From the NCBI GenBank assembly GCA_036918135.1, contig JBALDB010000006.1, positions 94,158 to 158,157 of the forward strand: a DNA stretch of 64,000 nt, given 5' to 3'. How positions within the stretch are numbered: the stretch's first letter is position 1; each line of letters begins with the position of its first letter. The position numbers were made by a program, and so were the translations under genes. The notes under the pieces were generated by a model. It did no database searches and had not been told where the DNA came from. It worked only from the letters and a program-made list of their open reading frames with translations. The DNA is from Nostoc sp. (GTDB lineage Bacteria > Cyanobacteriota > Cyanobacteriia > Cyanobacteriales > Nostocaceae). Below are positions 1 through 9,745 of the stretch, one piece after another.

Positions 1-614
1 CCTTGATCTTAGTCAAAGGTGCTTTGGATGCCCGTGGTTCTAAGCTGATGCCCGATAAAAAGGACTTCGGCTATGCCTTCCCTTGCGACGGCCCCGGTCG
101 TGGCGGTACTTGTGACATCTCAGCTTGGGATTCCTTCTATCTAGCTGCGTTCTGGATGCTCAATACCATTGGTTGGTTGACCTTCTACTGGCACTGGAAG
201 CATCTCGGTATTTGGCAAGGTAACGTTGCTCAGTTCAATGAGAACTCTACATACCTCATGGGCTGGTTCCGCGATTACCTGTGGGCAAACTCCGCTCAGT
301 TGATTAACGGTTACAACCCCTACGGCGTGAATAACCTGTCTGTCTGGGCTTGGATGTTCCTGTTTGGACACCTAGTTTGGGCTACCGGCTTCATGTTCTT
401 GATCTCTTGGAGAGGTTACTGGCAAGAGTTGATTGAAACCCTTGTCTGGGCACACGAGCGCACTCCTCTAGCTAACTTGGTTCGCTGGAAAGACAAGCCC
501 GTGGCTCTGTCCATCGTTCAAGCTCGCGTAGTTGGTCTGGCCCACTTTGCAGTTGGTTATGTTCTGACTTACGCTGCATTCTTGATTGCTTCTACCGCTG
601 GGAAGTTCGGTTAA
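1..614 (+). CDS. psaB: Photosystem I P700 apoprotein A2, C-terminal part (5' end outside window)
   Basis: [15 protein letters not shown]-binding motif and C-terminal [10 protein letters not shown] typical of PsaB. Confidence 0.98.
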   Translation, partial: LILVKGALDARGSKLMPDKKDFGYAFPCDGPGRGGTCDISAWDSFYLAAFWMLNTIGWLTFYWHWKHLGIWQGNVAQFNENSTYLMGWFRDYLWANSAQLINGYNPYGVNNLSVWAWMFLFGHLVWATGFMFLISWRGYWQELIETLVWAHERTPLANLVRWKDKPVALSIVQARVVGLAHFAVGYVLTYAAFLIASTAGKFG

Positions 615-644
615 TCTGGCTACTAGTTTAAGTAGATAAGTAAT

Positions 645-677
645 AAAAATCCCCTGCCAAAAGGTGGGGGATTTTTT
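645..677 (+). terminator. Rho-independent terminator of psaB
   Basis: AAAAATCCCC...GGGGATTTTTT hairpin with U-tract about 30 nt after the stop. Confidence 0.85.
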
Positions 678-876
678 GTTGGATAAACATAAACACGGGC
701 AAGATTTTGATTTTTAGATTTAACACAATATAATATCAAAGATAATCCAAATACAGTTTAGTTAAGGAGAATCGTAGTTTAAGGTTTTTCGCTATAATTA
801 ATTCGTATTACTTTATATGCAAATTTTTAAGATAGAAGAATTAAGGTGTTTTAATCATTAAAGGTTAAAAGCGGTT

Positions 877-1273
877 ATGACTGAATATATAAATCAAGGA
901 AATTCTGGAGTTAGTCGAGAAGAAGGAGAAAGTCTTCTTAAAAAATTTTTAGATAATAAAAATTATAAGGTTTTAGCTTGAAAAAATAATTAACACTAAT
1001 ACCGACTCAATATCGCCTTGGTTAAAAGTAGATATTGAGTTTCTAAATAACTCTAGTGTTGAGGAATATTGTAAATGGCTTGAAGAAGGCGATCCTGATT
1101 TATTTTTAATGGTGAGACAACTTTTAGATCTGGCTTTACCTGCATCCCAAAAGCTAGAACAAGCTATACGCAGCTTAGCAGAAAGTAATAACCTAAATAA
1201 AAGTAGAGCTAAGTTTATTTACAACATAGATATAGGTAATAATTCTATACGAAGGGCTGAATTTGATTATTAA
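877..1273 (+). pseudogene. Degraded AT-rich gene fragment, possibly the C-terminus of a KAP-family P-loop NTPase
   Basis: 34-codon ORF at 877-981, then a stop-free frame 977-1273 (SPWLKVDIEFLNNSSVEEYCKWLEEGDPDL...SRAKFIYNIDI) lacking a start at its 5' end; family guess is from recall only. Confidence 0.3.
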
Positions 1274-1298
1274 TTGAATTAATTAATAACTGACTAAA

Positions 1299-1646
1299 AT
1301 GCTTACTGACAAAGCACAAACTCACTTAGAGTTTTTGCTGCAAGCTGATTACAATGCTGACCGTGTTACTGATGAAGGATTATCTGGTGGTGATAATGAA
1401 ATTATTTGGCAGCAAGTTTGTCCTGAGGAACGATTTTTTATTACTCTTGATTTATACTTCTCTGATGTTCACCTCTTTCCACCAGGCACTCATCCTGGTA
1501 TTCTAATATCGCGTTCCCGTAACCGTAGCCGTCAGGCAGTACTAGAAATATTGTCTGGTGTTGTACAAGAGCAACCCTTAGAAACTCTCAAAGGTTGTCT
1601 TATAGTGCCAGACGAAATACAGACGCGCATCAGGCGATCGCAGTGA
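1299..1646 (+). pseudogene. DUF5615/PIN-like protein, apparently N-terminally truncated
   Basis: DEGLSGGDNEIIWQ...ERFFITLDLYFSD...PPGTHPGIL resembles DUF5615; the usual N-terminal xxDEN motif is missing. Confidence 0.6.
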
Positions 1647-1688
1647 TACCATAAGCAAACTTAAAAGATTTACCAGAGGAGTCATCAG

Positions 1689-1772
1689 GTGTCCATTCCC
1701 GAAATTACTCAAAAGTTATTAGCAGCAAAGCAAGACAAAGGACTAAATAGCCTTTGCAAAAAGAACCAATAA
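1689..1772 (+). pseudogene. cynS: Cyanase N-terminal stump (about 19 genuine codons, then unrelated sequence and a stop)
   Basis: GTG at 1689 preceded by GAGGAG; translates MSIPEITQKLLAAKQDKGL, matching the recalled N-terminus of cyanobacterial CynS. Confidence 0.7.
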
Positions 1773-2631
1773 CGCCAGCAAAAAATCACTTTTAATCCCT
1801 ATTATATTTACCAAAATGGAGCAGCATATTTAGGTAATAGTCTGAAATTTCTCAAATTCATTAATGATAATAGTATTAATTTAATTATCACTTCACCACC
1901 ATTTGCTCTCACACGCAAAAAAGAATACGCCAACAAAACTACTGAAAATATATCGAGTGGTTTCTACCTTTTGCCTATGAATTTAAAAGTGTACTAGTAG
2001 ATGATGGCTCATTTGTACTGGAAGGCGGTACCTACTTGATAATTCCGTCCAGAGTATCTATCAATACGAACTTTTGGTTAGATTATGCAAGGAAGTAACT
2101 TTATTCCTAGCTCAAAAATTCTACCACTATAATCTGGCTCAACTGCCAACCCTTGCTAAGCGTATGACAATCAGGCGCATTCGTGTCAAAGATTTAGTAA
2201 ATACAGTTTGGTGGTTGTCTAAAACACTAAATCCTAAAACAGATAACAAAAAAGTTTTAAATCCTTCTAGCCCAAGTATGAAGCAATTACTTCAGAATGG
2301 TTATTAAGCCAAAATACATCCTAGTGGACATGATATTCATAAAAAATTTCAAAAAGATAATTAAGGTGTAATTAAGCCAAATTTATTTGAAATTACTAAT
2401 ACTAAATACAAATAGCGCTTATTTCAGACATTGGAAAACAGCAAAAATTAGACCCCATCCAGCACATTTTTATCAAAGATTCGCCAAGTTATTCATCAAA
2501 TTTTTAACTGATGAAGGTCATATGGTTTTAAATCCATTTGCAGATTCTAATACAACTGGTTTTGTTGCTCAGACTCTCTAACGCCGATGGATTTATTTTG
2601 AAATTAATGATGATTATGTAGGGGGAAGTCG
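1756..2631 (+). pseudogene. Site-specific DNA methyltransferase (N4-cytosine/N6 beta class, PvuII-like) broken by frameshifts and stops
   Basis: Fragments GAAYLGNSL..DNSINLIITSPPFALTRKKEY (SPPF catalytic motif), LVRLCKEV..RIRVKD..WWLSKT, HPA.F..FIKFLTDEG..VLNPFADSNTTG (degenerate DPFxGS motif) lie in different frames. Confidence 0.88.
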
Positions 2632-2723
2632 TTATTGTTTTAGTCAAGATTCAGATTATCTGAAAACTAAGCAATGAGAAGTGAGGAGTTAAAATTTATA
2701 ACTCATAAATAATAACTACTCAC

Positions 2724-2936
2724 TTAAATTTCTCCATTCACTTGCATTTGATGAACTTGATCTGCCAACTCTTGACGACCTTGGTCATCTAGTTTATCAA
2801 TCGCTAACATCCCCATAAGAATAACTTCTTTTAGGGTCAAACGTGTCGAATGTGCCTGTTTTTGCACAATCTCCTTAATAATGGGACTAACACCAATCGC
2901 TGTACTAGCTCTTGCCACAGAAGAAAAACAAAACAC
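2724..2936 (-). CDS. Small hypothetical protein (possible ribbon-helix-helix-like fold)
   Basis: 70-aa ORF with natural composition; strand-helix-helix pattern; start uncertain. Confidence 0.6.
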   Translation of the reverse strand: MFCFSSVARASTAIGVSPIIKEIVQKQAHSTRLTLKEVILMGMLAIDKLDDQGRQELADQVHQMQVNGEI

Positions 2937-3348
2937 TAATGATTCAGCCTAAATCTTAGCACTTCTAATGAAGTTATTCTCTATAGTTAAAACTTAATTT
3001 AAATGTGTTTCAACTCATACTTCGACGAGCAAACATAAATTTAAAATTCTTGACATAGAGAACTACAACAGAAATACACAGTATTATCTTACTTGCAGAA
3101 AATTTTTGTCAGATTTTCAATTTTGGCATCAAACCTAAAAAGTAACTTTTGGATGAAAATAAATTTAACTATTGTCACACTAGGATTACAAGTATAGTCT
3201 TTGACAGCAGTATCTGTCGCTCCAGAGTTATCCCAAACCGACTTGGGGGTGTAACTTTTTTAGAGCGAGTTCTCAAACTTCTAGTCTGCTTAACTCAAGG
3301 TTGCTAATTGATGTATAATATTAAGCTCATCAACAACTAATTTTTAAC

Positions 3349-3561
3349 TTATTCTTCTAAAATTTCTACTAATTCCTCAATGGTCACCTCAAAGGTGCGA
3401 GCCAACTTATGGATAGCTGTAAAGTCAACTGTTGTCATTGCCCGACGACGAGCATAACTTCTAACTGTACTGTAAATTACCCCAGAACGGTCAGAAACTT
3501 CCTTGAGCGTCCATCCTTTCTCTTGCGCTAGTTCTCTAATCTTCAATCTGACTAATCCCAT
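3349..3561 (-). CDS. XRE/Cro-type helix-turn-helix transcriptional regulator
   Basis: LKIRELAQEKGWTLKEVSDRSGV..STV...LARTFEVTIEELVE; probable ATG at 3561. Confidence 0.85.
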   Translation of the reverse strand: MGLVRLKIRELAQEKGWTLKEVSDRSGVIYSTVRSYARRRAMTTVDFTAIHKLARTFEVTIEELVEILEE

Positions 3562-4050
3562 ATTTGATAACTGATGCATTTGCACCGCTCAATTTCATAT
3601 GAGAAATTAAAAAGCGATCGCCTCTTGGTTGATTAAACTCTCATGCGATCGCCACAATTTACTGAAATTTAGAAATTTGAAATTAAATAATTATTCACTA
3701 TATTAGCAACATCAAAAGCAAAGACCTCTATCTTGAGAGCGTCAAAAATCATTCAGTAATCGGGGAGTTTGCGGTCACTTGCAATATTTATTACAATTAA
3801 CTCGTAGAAAGCGGTCGGTTGGTGAAAATACTCCTTTGAGTAAAGCTATTCTCACAAATCATACTTATATACCACCGGGAAAACCCTACTTTAAAGAGAT
3901 CGTAAATTGTCTAATATAATCTCGCGAACACGCTTTACAGAAATATACAGTGTAAATAAGAATAATAATTTAACCTAAGTAAAATTTTCCTGAATACAGA
4001 CAACTAATGCTGTCATAGGGAAAAGCAGTGAGTAGAGGAGAGACAAAGCG

Positions 4051-5118
4051 ATGAGGGACCCTTATCTGTTGGCAGCAGGTTTGTTAACAGGCTTGGCAAT
4101 ACCAGCATCGGCTCTTCCACATCTGTCGATTGTCCTGCCGGAAAATTCTAGATTTCTGTGGGATTTAAAACAAGGTTCCCAGACAGTAGTCAGTACAAAA
4201 ACTATCAACAGCGTCGATTTTTCCTTACCAGAATTCAGCAATCAAGCACTGCAACCCTTAGAAAGTTTGCAGTTAACAGCAGGTGAGCAAAACATCAACA
4301 GTGTTGATTCTTCATCACCAGAACTCAGTAGCCAAGGATTACCAGCTCCAACAGAGTCATCAGTTAACTCTAGCGACCAAGCAACTAGTCTCTCACTGAC
4401 ATCAGGCAATCAACTTTACTACCAAAGATTGGCAGCCCTGAAAACAGGTCAGATTTATACACGCGGGGATAGTGATAGTTTGCAATCATTATGGGAGTCA
4501 ATCAAGAAGCGTCAACTAACTTATGAAGACTGGAAAAGTTTATTAGCTTTAGAAGCAAGAGCCATTGCCCAAGGTCAAGGTAGAAATCACCTGAGTATCC
4601 TAGTTGGTGATTCGTTGAGCATGTGGTTTCCCAGACAAAAATTACCTAGTGGGAAATTATGGCTCAATCAAGGCATTTCTGGAGATACTTCCGCTGGCGT
4701 TTTAAAAAGATTAGGGGCATTTTCCGCAACCCGACCAGATGTAATTTATATCATGGCTGGAATTAACGACTTACGAAAAGGCGCTAGTGATGAAACAATT
4801 TTGCACAATTATCGCCGGATTGTCCGTCGTTTACGGCAGACTCACCCGCAAGCTCAAATCATTGTCCAATCAATTCTGCCGACTCGCTTACCAAAACTTT
4901 CCAATAGCCGCATTCGTCAGATTAACGCCCAACTAGTGCAGATTGCCAAACAAGAAGGTGCTAATTATTTAAACATTTATAGTTGGTTTACAGATATGGA
5001 AGGCAATTTGCGCCCAGAGTTGACCACAGATGGCTTGCATCTGTCGCAAGAGGGGTATGATGTGTGGCGATCGGCACTACAGCAGATAGAGTACAAACTT
5101 ACTCAGGGCAAGAATTGA
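4051..5118 (+). CDS. SGNH/GDSL hydrolase family protein with signal peptide
   Basis: GDSL, NQGISGD, GIND and DGLH blocks; hydrophobic N-terminus. Confidence 0.92.
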   Translation: MRDPYLLAAGLLTGLAIPASALPHLSIVLPENSRFLWDLKQGSQTVVSTKTINSVDFSLPEFSNQALQPLESLQLTAGEQNINSVDSSSPELSSQGLPAPTESSVNSSDQATSLSLTSGNQLYYQRLAALKTGQIYTRGDSDSLQSLWESIKKRQLTYEDWKSLLALEARAIAQGQGRNHLSILVGDSLSMWFPRQKLPSGKLWLNQGISGDTSAGVLKRLGAFSATRPDVIYIMAGINDLRKGASDETILHNYRRIVRRLRQTHPQAQIIVQSILPTRLPKLSNSRIRQINAQLVQIAKQEGANYLNIYSWFTDMEGNLRPELTTDGLHLSQEGYDVWRSALQQIEYKLTQGKN

Positions 5119-5244
5119 GCGATCGCAAACAAGTTAAAAAGTAAAAAGAACCACATAAATTTATTTATATGGCTGGCAATCCTTTTTATTTATTCTTTCT
5201 TTTGTATTTTTACTTTGCTTTGAGAAATCTAAAATTCTATCACT

Positions 5245-5438
5245 TATAGCCGTAGTCACATAGGTTAGGACATTATGACAAGCGTGAATGCTATGAATAC
5301 TAATAGTTCTACCTCCACCATAGCTGCCTTCTGCCTTCTGCTATATATAGGTTAGGACATAATAACAAGCGTGAATGTCAGGAAGAGTAATGTTTTTACC
5401 TCCTGCCTCCTGCCTCCTGCCCCCTGCTTCCTGCTATA
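5245..5438 (+). mobile_element. Tandem pair of ~100-bp MITE-like elements (TATAGC...GCTATA family); second copy overlaps larE 3' end
   Basis: 5245-5345 bounded by TATAGC/GCTATA; 5346-5438 repeats TAGGTTAGGACAT..ACAAGCGTGAATG..TACCTCC..CTGCTATA; related copies at 22939-23066 and 47074-47180. Confidence 0.7.
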
Positions 5439-6259
5439 CCACCCAAGGCTTCCCGATTTAAAACCTGATTCAACTTCCCGCTACGATAACCTTCTAAATC
5501 CAAGGTTACATAGATAAATCCAAAACCCTGAAATGCGTCAACTAATATTTGTAAATCCGTAGTCAACACAAACTCTTTAATTTGTTCTGATGCTAATTCA
5601 ATACGTGCTGTATCGCCTTCAGATCGCACACGCAAATTCTCCCAACCCAGCTTTCTTAAGAAAATTTCCGCTCTACCAACTCGTTGTAACTTAGCTACAG
5701 TAATCTCTTCACCATAAGGAAAGCGGGAACTCAGACAAGGTTGAGCGGGTTTATGCCACCAAGGTAAACTCAGTAGTTGCGAAAGTTGCCGAACTTCAAC
5801 TTTGGTAACACCTACTTCCGCTAAAGGCGATCGCGCACCTCTTTCTTTTGCCGCCTGAATTCCTGGGCGATAATCATGCAAATCATCGGCATTTACCCCA
5901 TCCACTACATACGGATAACCCAACTGTAAAGCCAAAGGTTTGAGAGTGTCGTGCAATTCACTTTTGCAAAAATAACAGCGGTTGACAGGGTTAGAGGTGT
6001 AATTAGGGTTCTCCATTTCGTGAGTTTGGACGATTTGATGACGAATCCCAATAGTTGCGGCTTGAATTTTGGCGTCTTCCAACTCTTCTGGCAACAGCGA
6101 AGGAGAAACAGCAGTCACAGCCAAAGCGCGATCGCCCAATACATCATAAGCAATTTTGGCAACCAAAGTGCTATCAACGCCCCCAGAGTAGGCAATCAAC
6201 GCCTGCTCCATTTCTTGAAATAAAGCTCTTAATTGCTCAAATTTTTCTGTCAGCATCAT
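5396..6259 (-). CDS. larE: ATP-dependent sacrificial sulfur transferase (PP-loop, TIGR00268-like)
   Basis: AYSGGVDS PP-loop, NRCYFCK, DDLHDYRPG, PCLSSRFPYG, GYRSG motifs. Confidence 0.92.
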   Translation of the reverse strand: MMLTEKFEQLRALFQEMEQALIAYSGGVDSTLVAKIAYDVLGDRALAVTAVSPSLLPEELEDAKIQAATIGIRHQIVQTHEMENPNYTSNPVNRCYFCKSELHDTLKPLALQLGYPYVVDGVNADDLHDYRPGIQAAKERGARSPLAEVGVTKVEVRQLSQLLSLPWWHKPAQPCLSSRFPYGEEITVAKLQRVGRAEIFLRKLGWENLRVRSEGDTARIELASEQIKEFVLTTDLQILVDAFQGFGFIYVTLDLEGYRSGKLNQVLNREALGGIAGSRGQEAGGRR

Positions 6260-6356
6260 TTATCAACCCTGCCAAAACCCTATAGCACCCAACAAATTCC
6301 ATTGTAGTCATTAGTTTTGGAGCATTGGGTACTGGTATTGGGGATTAGGGATTGGG

Positions 6357-8231
6357 TTACGAAAACTCTTCCCCAGTCCCTAGTACCCCATCAATCAAGT
6401 TTGGCGGTTTACTATACTTGGCCACTAGACGGGCTAAAAGCGGTAAATCAATTGGTTTAGAAATATAATCATTTACTCCAGCGGCTAGACAAGTTTCGCG
6501 ATCGCCTTTCATCGCCATTGCGGTTTGGGCAATCACTGGAATATTCTCATATTCGGGATTTTCTCTGAGTTCCTGCACTAACTTCAGACCATTTCCATCT
6601 GGCAAGTAAACGTCCATTAAAATTACTGCTGGTTCTAGCTGTCTTAAAGCTTCCCACATGTTTGCAGCATTCTTAACCCAAGTCACCTGATATCCCAATT
6701 TAGATAAATAAATTTGCATCAAATCACCGTTGGGTAAGTCATTTTCTACCAGCAATATCTGAGGAGATGAACTAGGAGTCACATCCAAATCAGATAAAGA
6801 ATATTTTGCTTGTTCTGCTTCCTCTGCTTCGTCTGCTCTTTCTACTCCCCCTGCTTCCTCTGCTTTCTTCAAGGGAAGCACCAGCATAAAACGCGAGCCA
6901 TGATTTACTTCAGATTCCACTTTCACTGAACCACCGTGAATTTCGGCAAGTTTGCGAGTCACCGCTAAACCCAAACCAGTACCTTCAATACCTGCTACAG
7001 CATTGGCAATTTGAAAATAGGGATCGAACAGTTGAGCTTGATCTTCTTGAGATATACCAGTACCAGTATCCCAAACTGTAAAATGCACAAATAAACCTTG
7101 ACAAGCAACCTGTAAGCCAACACTGCCTTTGCTGGTAAACTTTAAAGCGTTGAAGAGTAAATTCAACAGCATTTGCTTGAGTCGTAAGGGGTCGGCTACT
7201 AGGGTTGCGATCTCAGGGTCAAGTTCTAGGATTAGTCTCAAACCCTTATTAGCAGCTTTCTCCTTCACCAGTGCCAAAACATTGCTACACACCAGTGGCA
7301 GATCCACTGTTTCCCACTGTACTTCCAGCTGATTAGCTTCAATTTTAGAGAGATCTAAAATATCATTAATCAGAGCTAGCAAGTGCTTGCCGCTAGACTG
7401 AATGATATTTAAATACTCTTGATGGCGTTCTCTACTAGGTTCATAGCCTTGAGCTAACAGCAAGTGTGTAAACCCAATAATCGAACTCAGCGGTGTGCGA
7501 ATTTCGTGACTGGTGTTTGCTAAAAACTGATTTTTGAGTTGATTGGTGCGCTCCAATTCTTGATTAGAGTTACTTAACTGTTGATACCGTTGCTGCCAAG
7601 ATAGTATCTGCTTAAGTTGGATTAAAGCTGTAGTACACTGCTTAGCAGACCTGGCCAATAATTGCGCTCTCAGTTGAGCTTGCGCTCCTATGAGTGGCTC
7701 AGAATCAGACCCTATCGGTGCTGTGGCGATAACTAGCCAGCCGGTGACCTCACCAGCATCATCAGCTAACCGCCAAGCACTTGGTGTTTGTTGATTCTCA
7801 AGCTGCTGCAAATCTTTGAGTTCTATGGTCTGTTGCAATCTCAACGGCAGCTTTTTCCCTGCTGTTAGCGTCACTTCCAACAGTGGAGGTTGCGATCCAG
7901 ATGGGGCACTAGAAATATAGCAAACTCTAGCAAATGTTCGGTGTGGTTGAAGCAGAGCAATAGCGACGGTAAACTGCATGAACGCCACGTGACTGGTGTC
8001 CACAGCAGTGTTAATCTCGCTGACCACTGTTTGAAAAATTTCTGCTTGTGCGGCTGCTGAGTGTGTAACAGTATTACAAGCACAAAGCAGGCAATCATTA
8101 AGGCGACTTTGCAACTGGTTTAAGCTTTTCTCCAGCCACAAATCGGCGCGAAGTTGCTCAATTGTTGTCAAAAGTTTTTGCCTTGCATCTATCTGTGAGT
8201 TCTGTTCTGGTAAGCTTGAATACTGCTGCAT
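6357..8231 (-). CDS. hrmK: Hybrid histidine kinase/response regulator, probably HrmK (hormogonium regulation)
   Basis: FLANTSHEIRTPL HisKA, HATPase N/G boxes, C-terminal receiver; HK-RR architecture is certain, the HrmK name rests on recalled N-terminus MQQYSSLPEQN. Confidence 0.7.
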   Translation of the reverse strand: MQQYSSLPEQNSQIDARQKLLTTIEQLRADLWLEKSLNQLQSRLNDCLLCACNTVTHSAAAQAEIFQTVVSEINTAVDTSHVAFMQFTVAIALLQPHRTFARVCYISSAPSGSQPPLLEVTLTAGKKLPLRLQQTIELKDLQQLENQQTPSAWRLADDAGEVTGWLVIATAPIGSDSEPLIGAQAQLRAQLLARSAKQCTTALIQLKQILSWQQRYQQLSNSNQELERTNQLKNQFLANTSHEIRTPLSSIIGFTHLLLAQGYEPSRERHQEYLNIIQSSGKHLLALINDILDLSKIEANQLEVQWETVDLPLVCSNVLALVKEKAANKGLRLILELDPEIATLVADPLRLKQMLLNLLFNALKFTSKGSVGLQVACQGLFVHFTVWDTGTGISQEDQAQLFDPYFQIANAVAGIEGTGLGLAVTRKLAEIHGGSVKVESEVNHGSRFMLVLPLKKAEEAGGVERADEAEEAEQAKYSLSDLDVTPSSSPQILLVENDLPNGDLMQIYLSKLGYQVTWVKNAANMWEALRQLEPAVILMDVYLPDGNGLKLVQELRENPEYENIPVIAQTAMAMKGDRETCLAAGVNDYISKPIDLPLLARLVAKYSKPPNLIDGVLGTGEEFS

Positions 8232-8414
8232 GGTCAACTAGACCGTTGAACAAGTTTAGCTTCGCATAAAAATCCCAACAGGATTCTATGTATGTTGGCG
8301 GGCAATCCTTTTTTATTTATAAACCATAACTTATGGTGTCGGGTTTAGCACCTAAACCAAAAGAAATATTGTATGAAAGACTGACATAAAATTTTTTCCA
8401 AGTAACTTCAGATT

Positions 8415-9281
8415 ATGGATATACAATTTGCCCAACTAATCGTCAATGGAATTGCAGTCGGGAGCATTATTGCTCTAGCCGCAGTTGGACTCACACTTAC
8501 CTATGGAATTTTACGTTTATCTAATTTTGCTCATGGTGACTTTCTCACTTTAGGAGCCTATCTAACTTGGCTGATCGACACCATTGGAGTCAATATTTGG
8601 CTGTCAATGATACTCGCAGCAGGAGGAACCGTAGCAGTAATGCTGTTATCAGAAAAGTTACTTTGGTCAAGAATGCGCTCGATTCGTGCTACTTCCACCA
8701 CGCTGATTATTATTTCTATCGGACTTGCCTTATTTCTTCGCAATGGGATTATTTTTATCTGGGGTGGTAAGAATCAAAATTACGATTTAGCTGTTACCCC
8801 AGCTTTAGACATCTTCGGCTTGAAGATACCACAAAATCAATTATTGGTATTGGGGTTAGCAGTGCTAGCAATTTTGGCGCTCCACTATCTCCTGCAAAAC
8901 ACTAAAATTGGTAAAGCTATGCGAGCAGTTGCTGACGATCTTGACTTAGCCAGGGTTTCGGGTATCAATGTTGACCGAGTAATTTTCTGGACTTGGCTAA
9001 TTATTGGCACTCTTACATCGTTGGGCGGGAGTATGTATGGCTTAATTACAGCCGTACGTCCGAATATGGGATGGTTTTTAATTTTACCATTATTTGCCTC
9101 AGTGATTTTGGGCGGGATCGGCAACCCCTACGGTGCGATCGCCGCAGCTTTTATCATTGGCATTGTCCAAGAAATCAGCACCCCTTGGCTGGGTTCTCAA
9201 TATAAACAAGGTGTAGCACTGTTGATTATGATTTTGGTGCTACTCATTCGTCCCAAAGGTTTATTTAAAGGCACGATTTGA
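8415..9281 (+). CDS. natD: Neutral/branched-chain amino acid ABC transporter permease (LivH-like)
   Basis: GLTLTYGILRLSNFAHG and GKAMRAVADD..LARVSGIN signatures. Confidence 0.85.
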   Translation: MDIQFAQLIVNGIAVGSIIALAAVGLTLTYGILRLSNFAHGDFLTLGAYLTWLIDTIGVNIWLSMILAAGGTVAVMLLSEKLLWSRMRSIRATSTTLIIISIGLALFLRNGIIFIWGGKNQNYDLAVTPALDIFGLKIPQNQLLVLGLAVLAILALHYLLQNTKIGKAMRAVADDLDLARVSGINVDRVIFWTWLIIGTLTSLGGSMYGLITAVRPNMGWFLILPLFASVILGGIGNPYGAIAAAFIIGIVQEISTPWLGSQYKQGVALLIMILVLLIRPKGLFKGTI

Positions 9282-9529
9282 GCAGCACCGTTCCACTTCT
9301 AACTATTGAATAATGTGGAAATAATAAGCTGCTACCAAGAAATTGATAGCTAACAAGAACAATGCCCAGCCTGTGCGAAAGGCGTAGGGAGGTTTAGCTC
9401 CACTGTCAGCAACTGCGGACTTATTAGTTTTAGCAGTCATAATGCGGTTCTCCTAATGTCAGGACTTTTTAAGAAATACCAAATTATGTGTACCAATCCC
9501 ACAAATTCTTTAGAAATATTTGAAGTTGC

Positions 9530-9612
9530 GGATTGGGGACTGGGGAAGGTGGGACCCCCGCTGGGGATAAGGGGTAATGGGGATTGGGCATAGGGCATAG
9601 GGCATAGGGTAA
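9530..9612. repeat. Heptamer tandem repeats (GGGCATA / TGGGGAC type, STRR-like)
   Basis: GGGCATA x3 plus related G-rich heptamers. Confidence 0.8.
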
Positions 9613-9618
9613 GCCGTA

Positions 9619-9745
9619 GTGTGGGAGGTCTGGGAGGATGGGGAAGAAATCTTTCCCCCTTTCTCTTTCCACACTCCCCACACTCCCCACACTTCCCTAT
9701 CTCCCTCATCTCCCTCACCTCCCCATCTCCCTACTCCCCACTCTC
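9619..9745 (+). repeat. Dispersed G-rich/C-rich composite repeat, copy 1
   Basis: Core GGAGGATGGGGAAGAAATCTT.CCCCC.TCTCT..CCACACTCCCCAC shared with copies near 37.2, 39.9 and 43.1 kb. Confidence 0.85.

Noticed and set aside
2074..2581. ORFs 2074-2307 and 2387-2581 as separate genes
   Set aside because: They are consecutive fragments of one broken methyltransferase.
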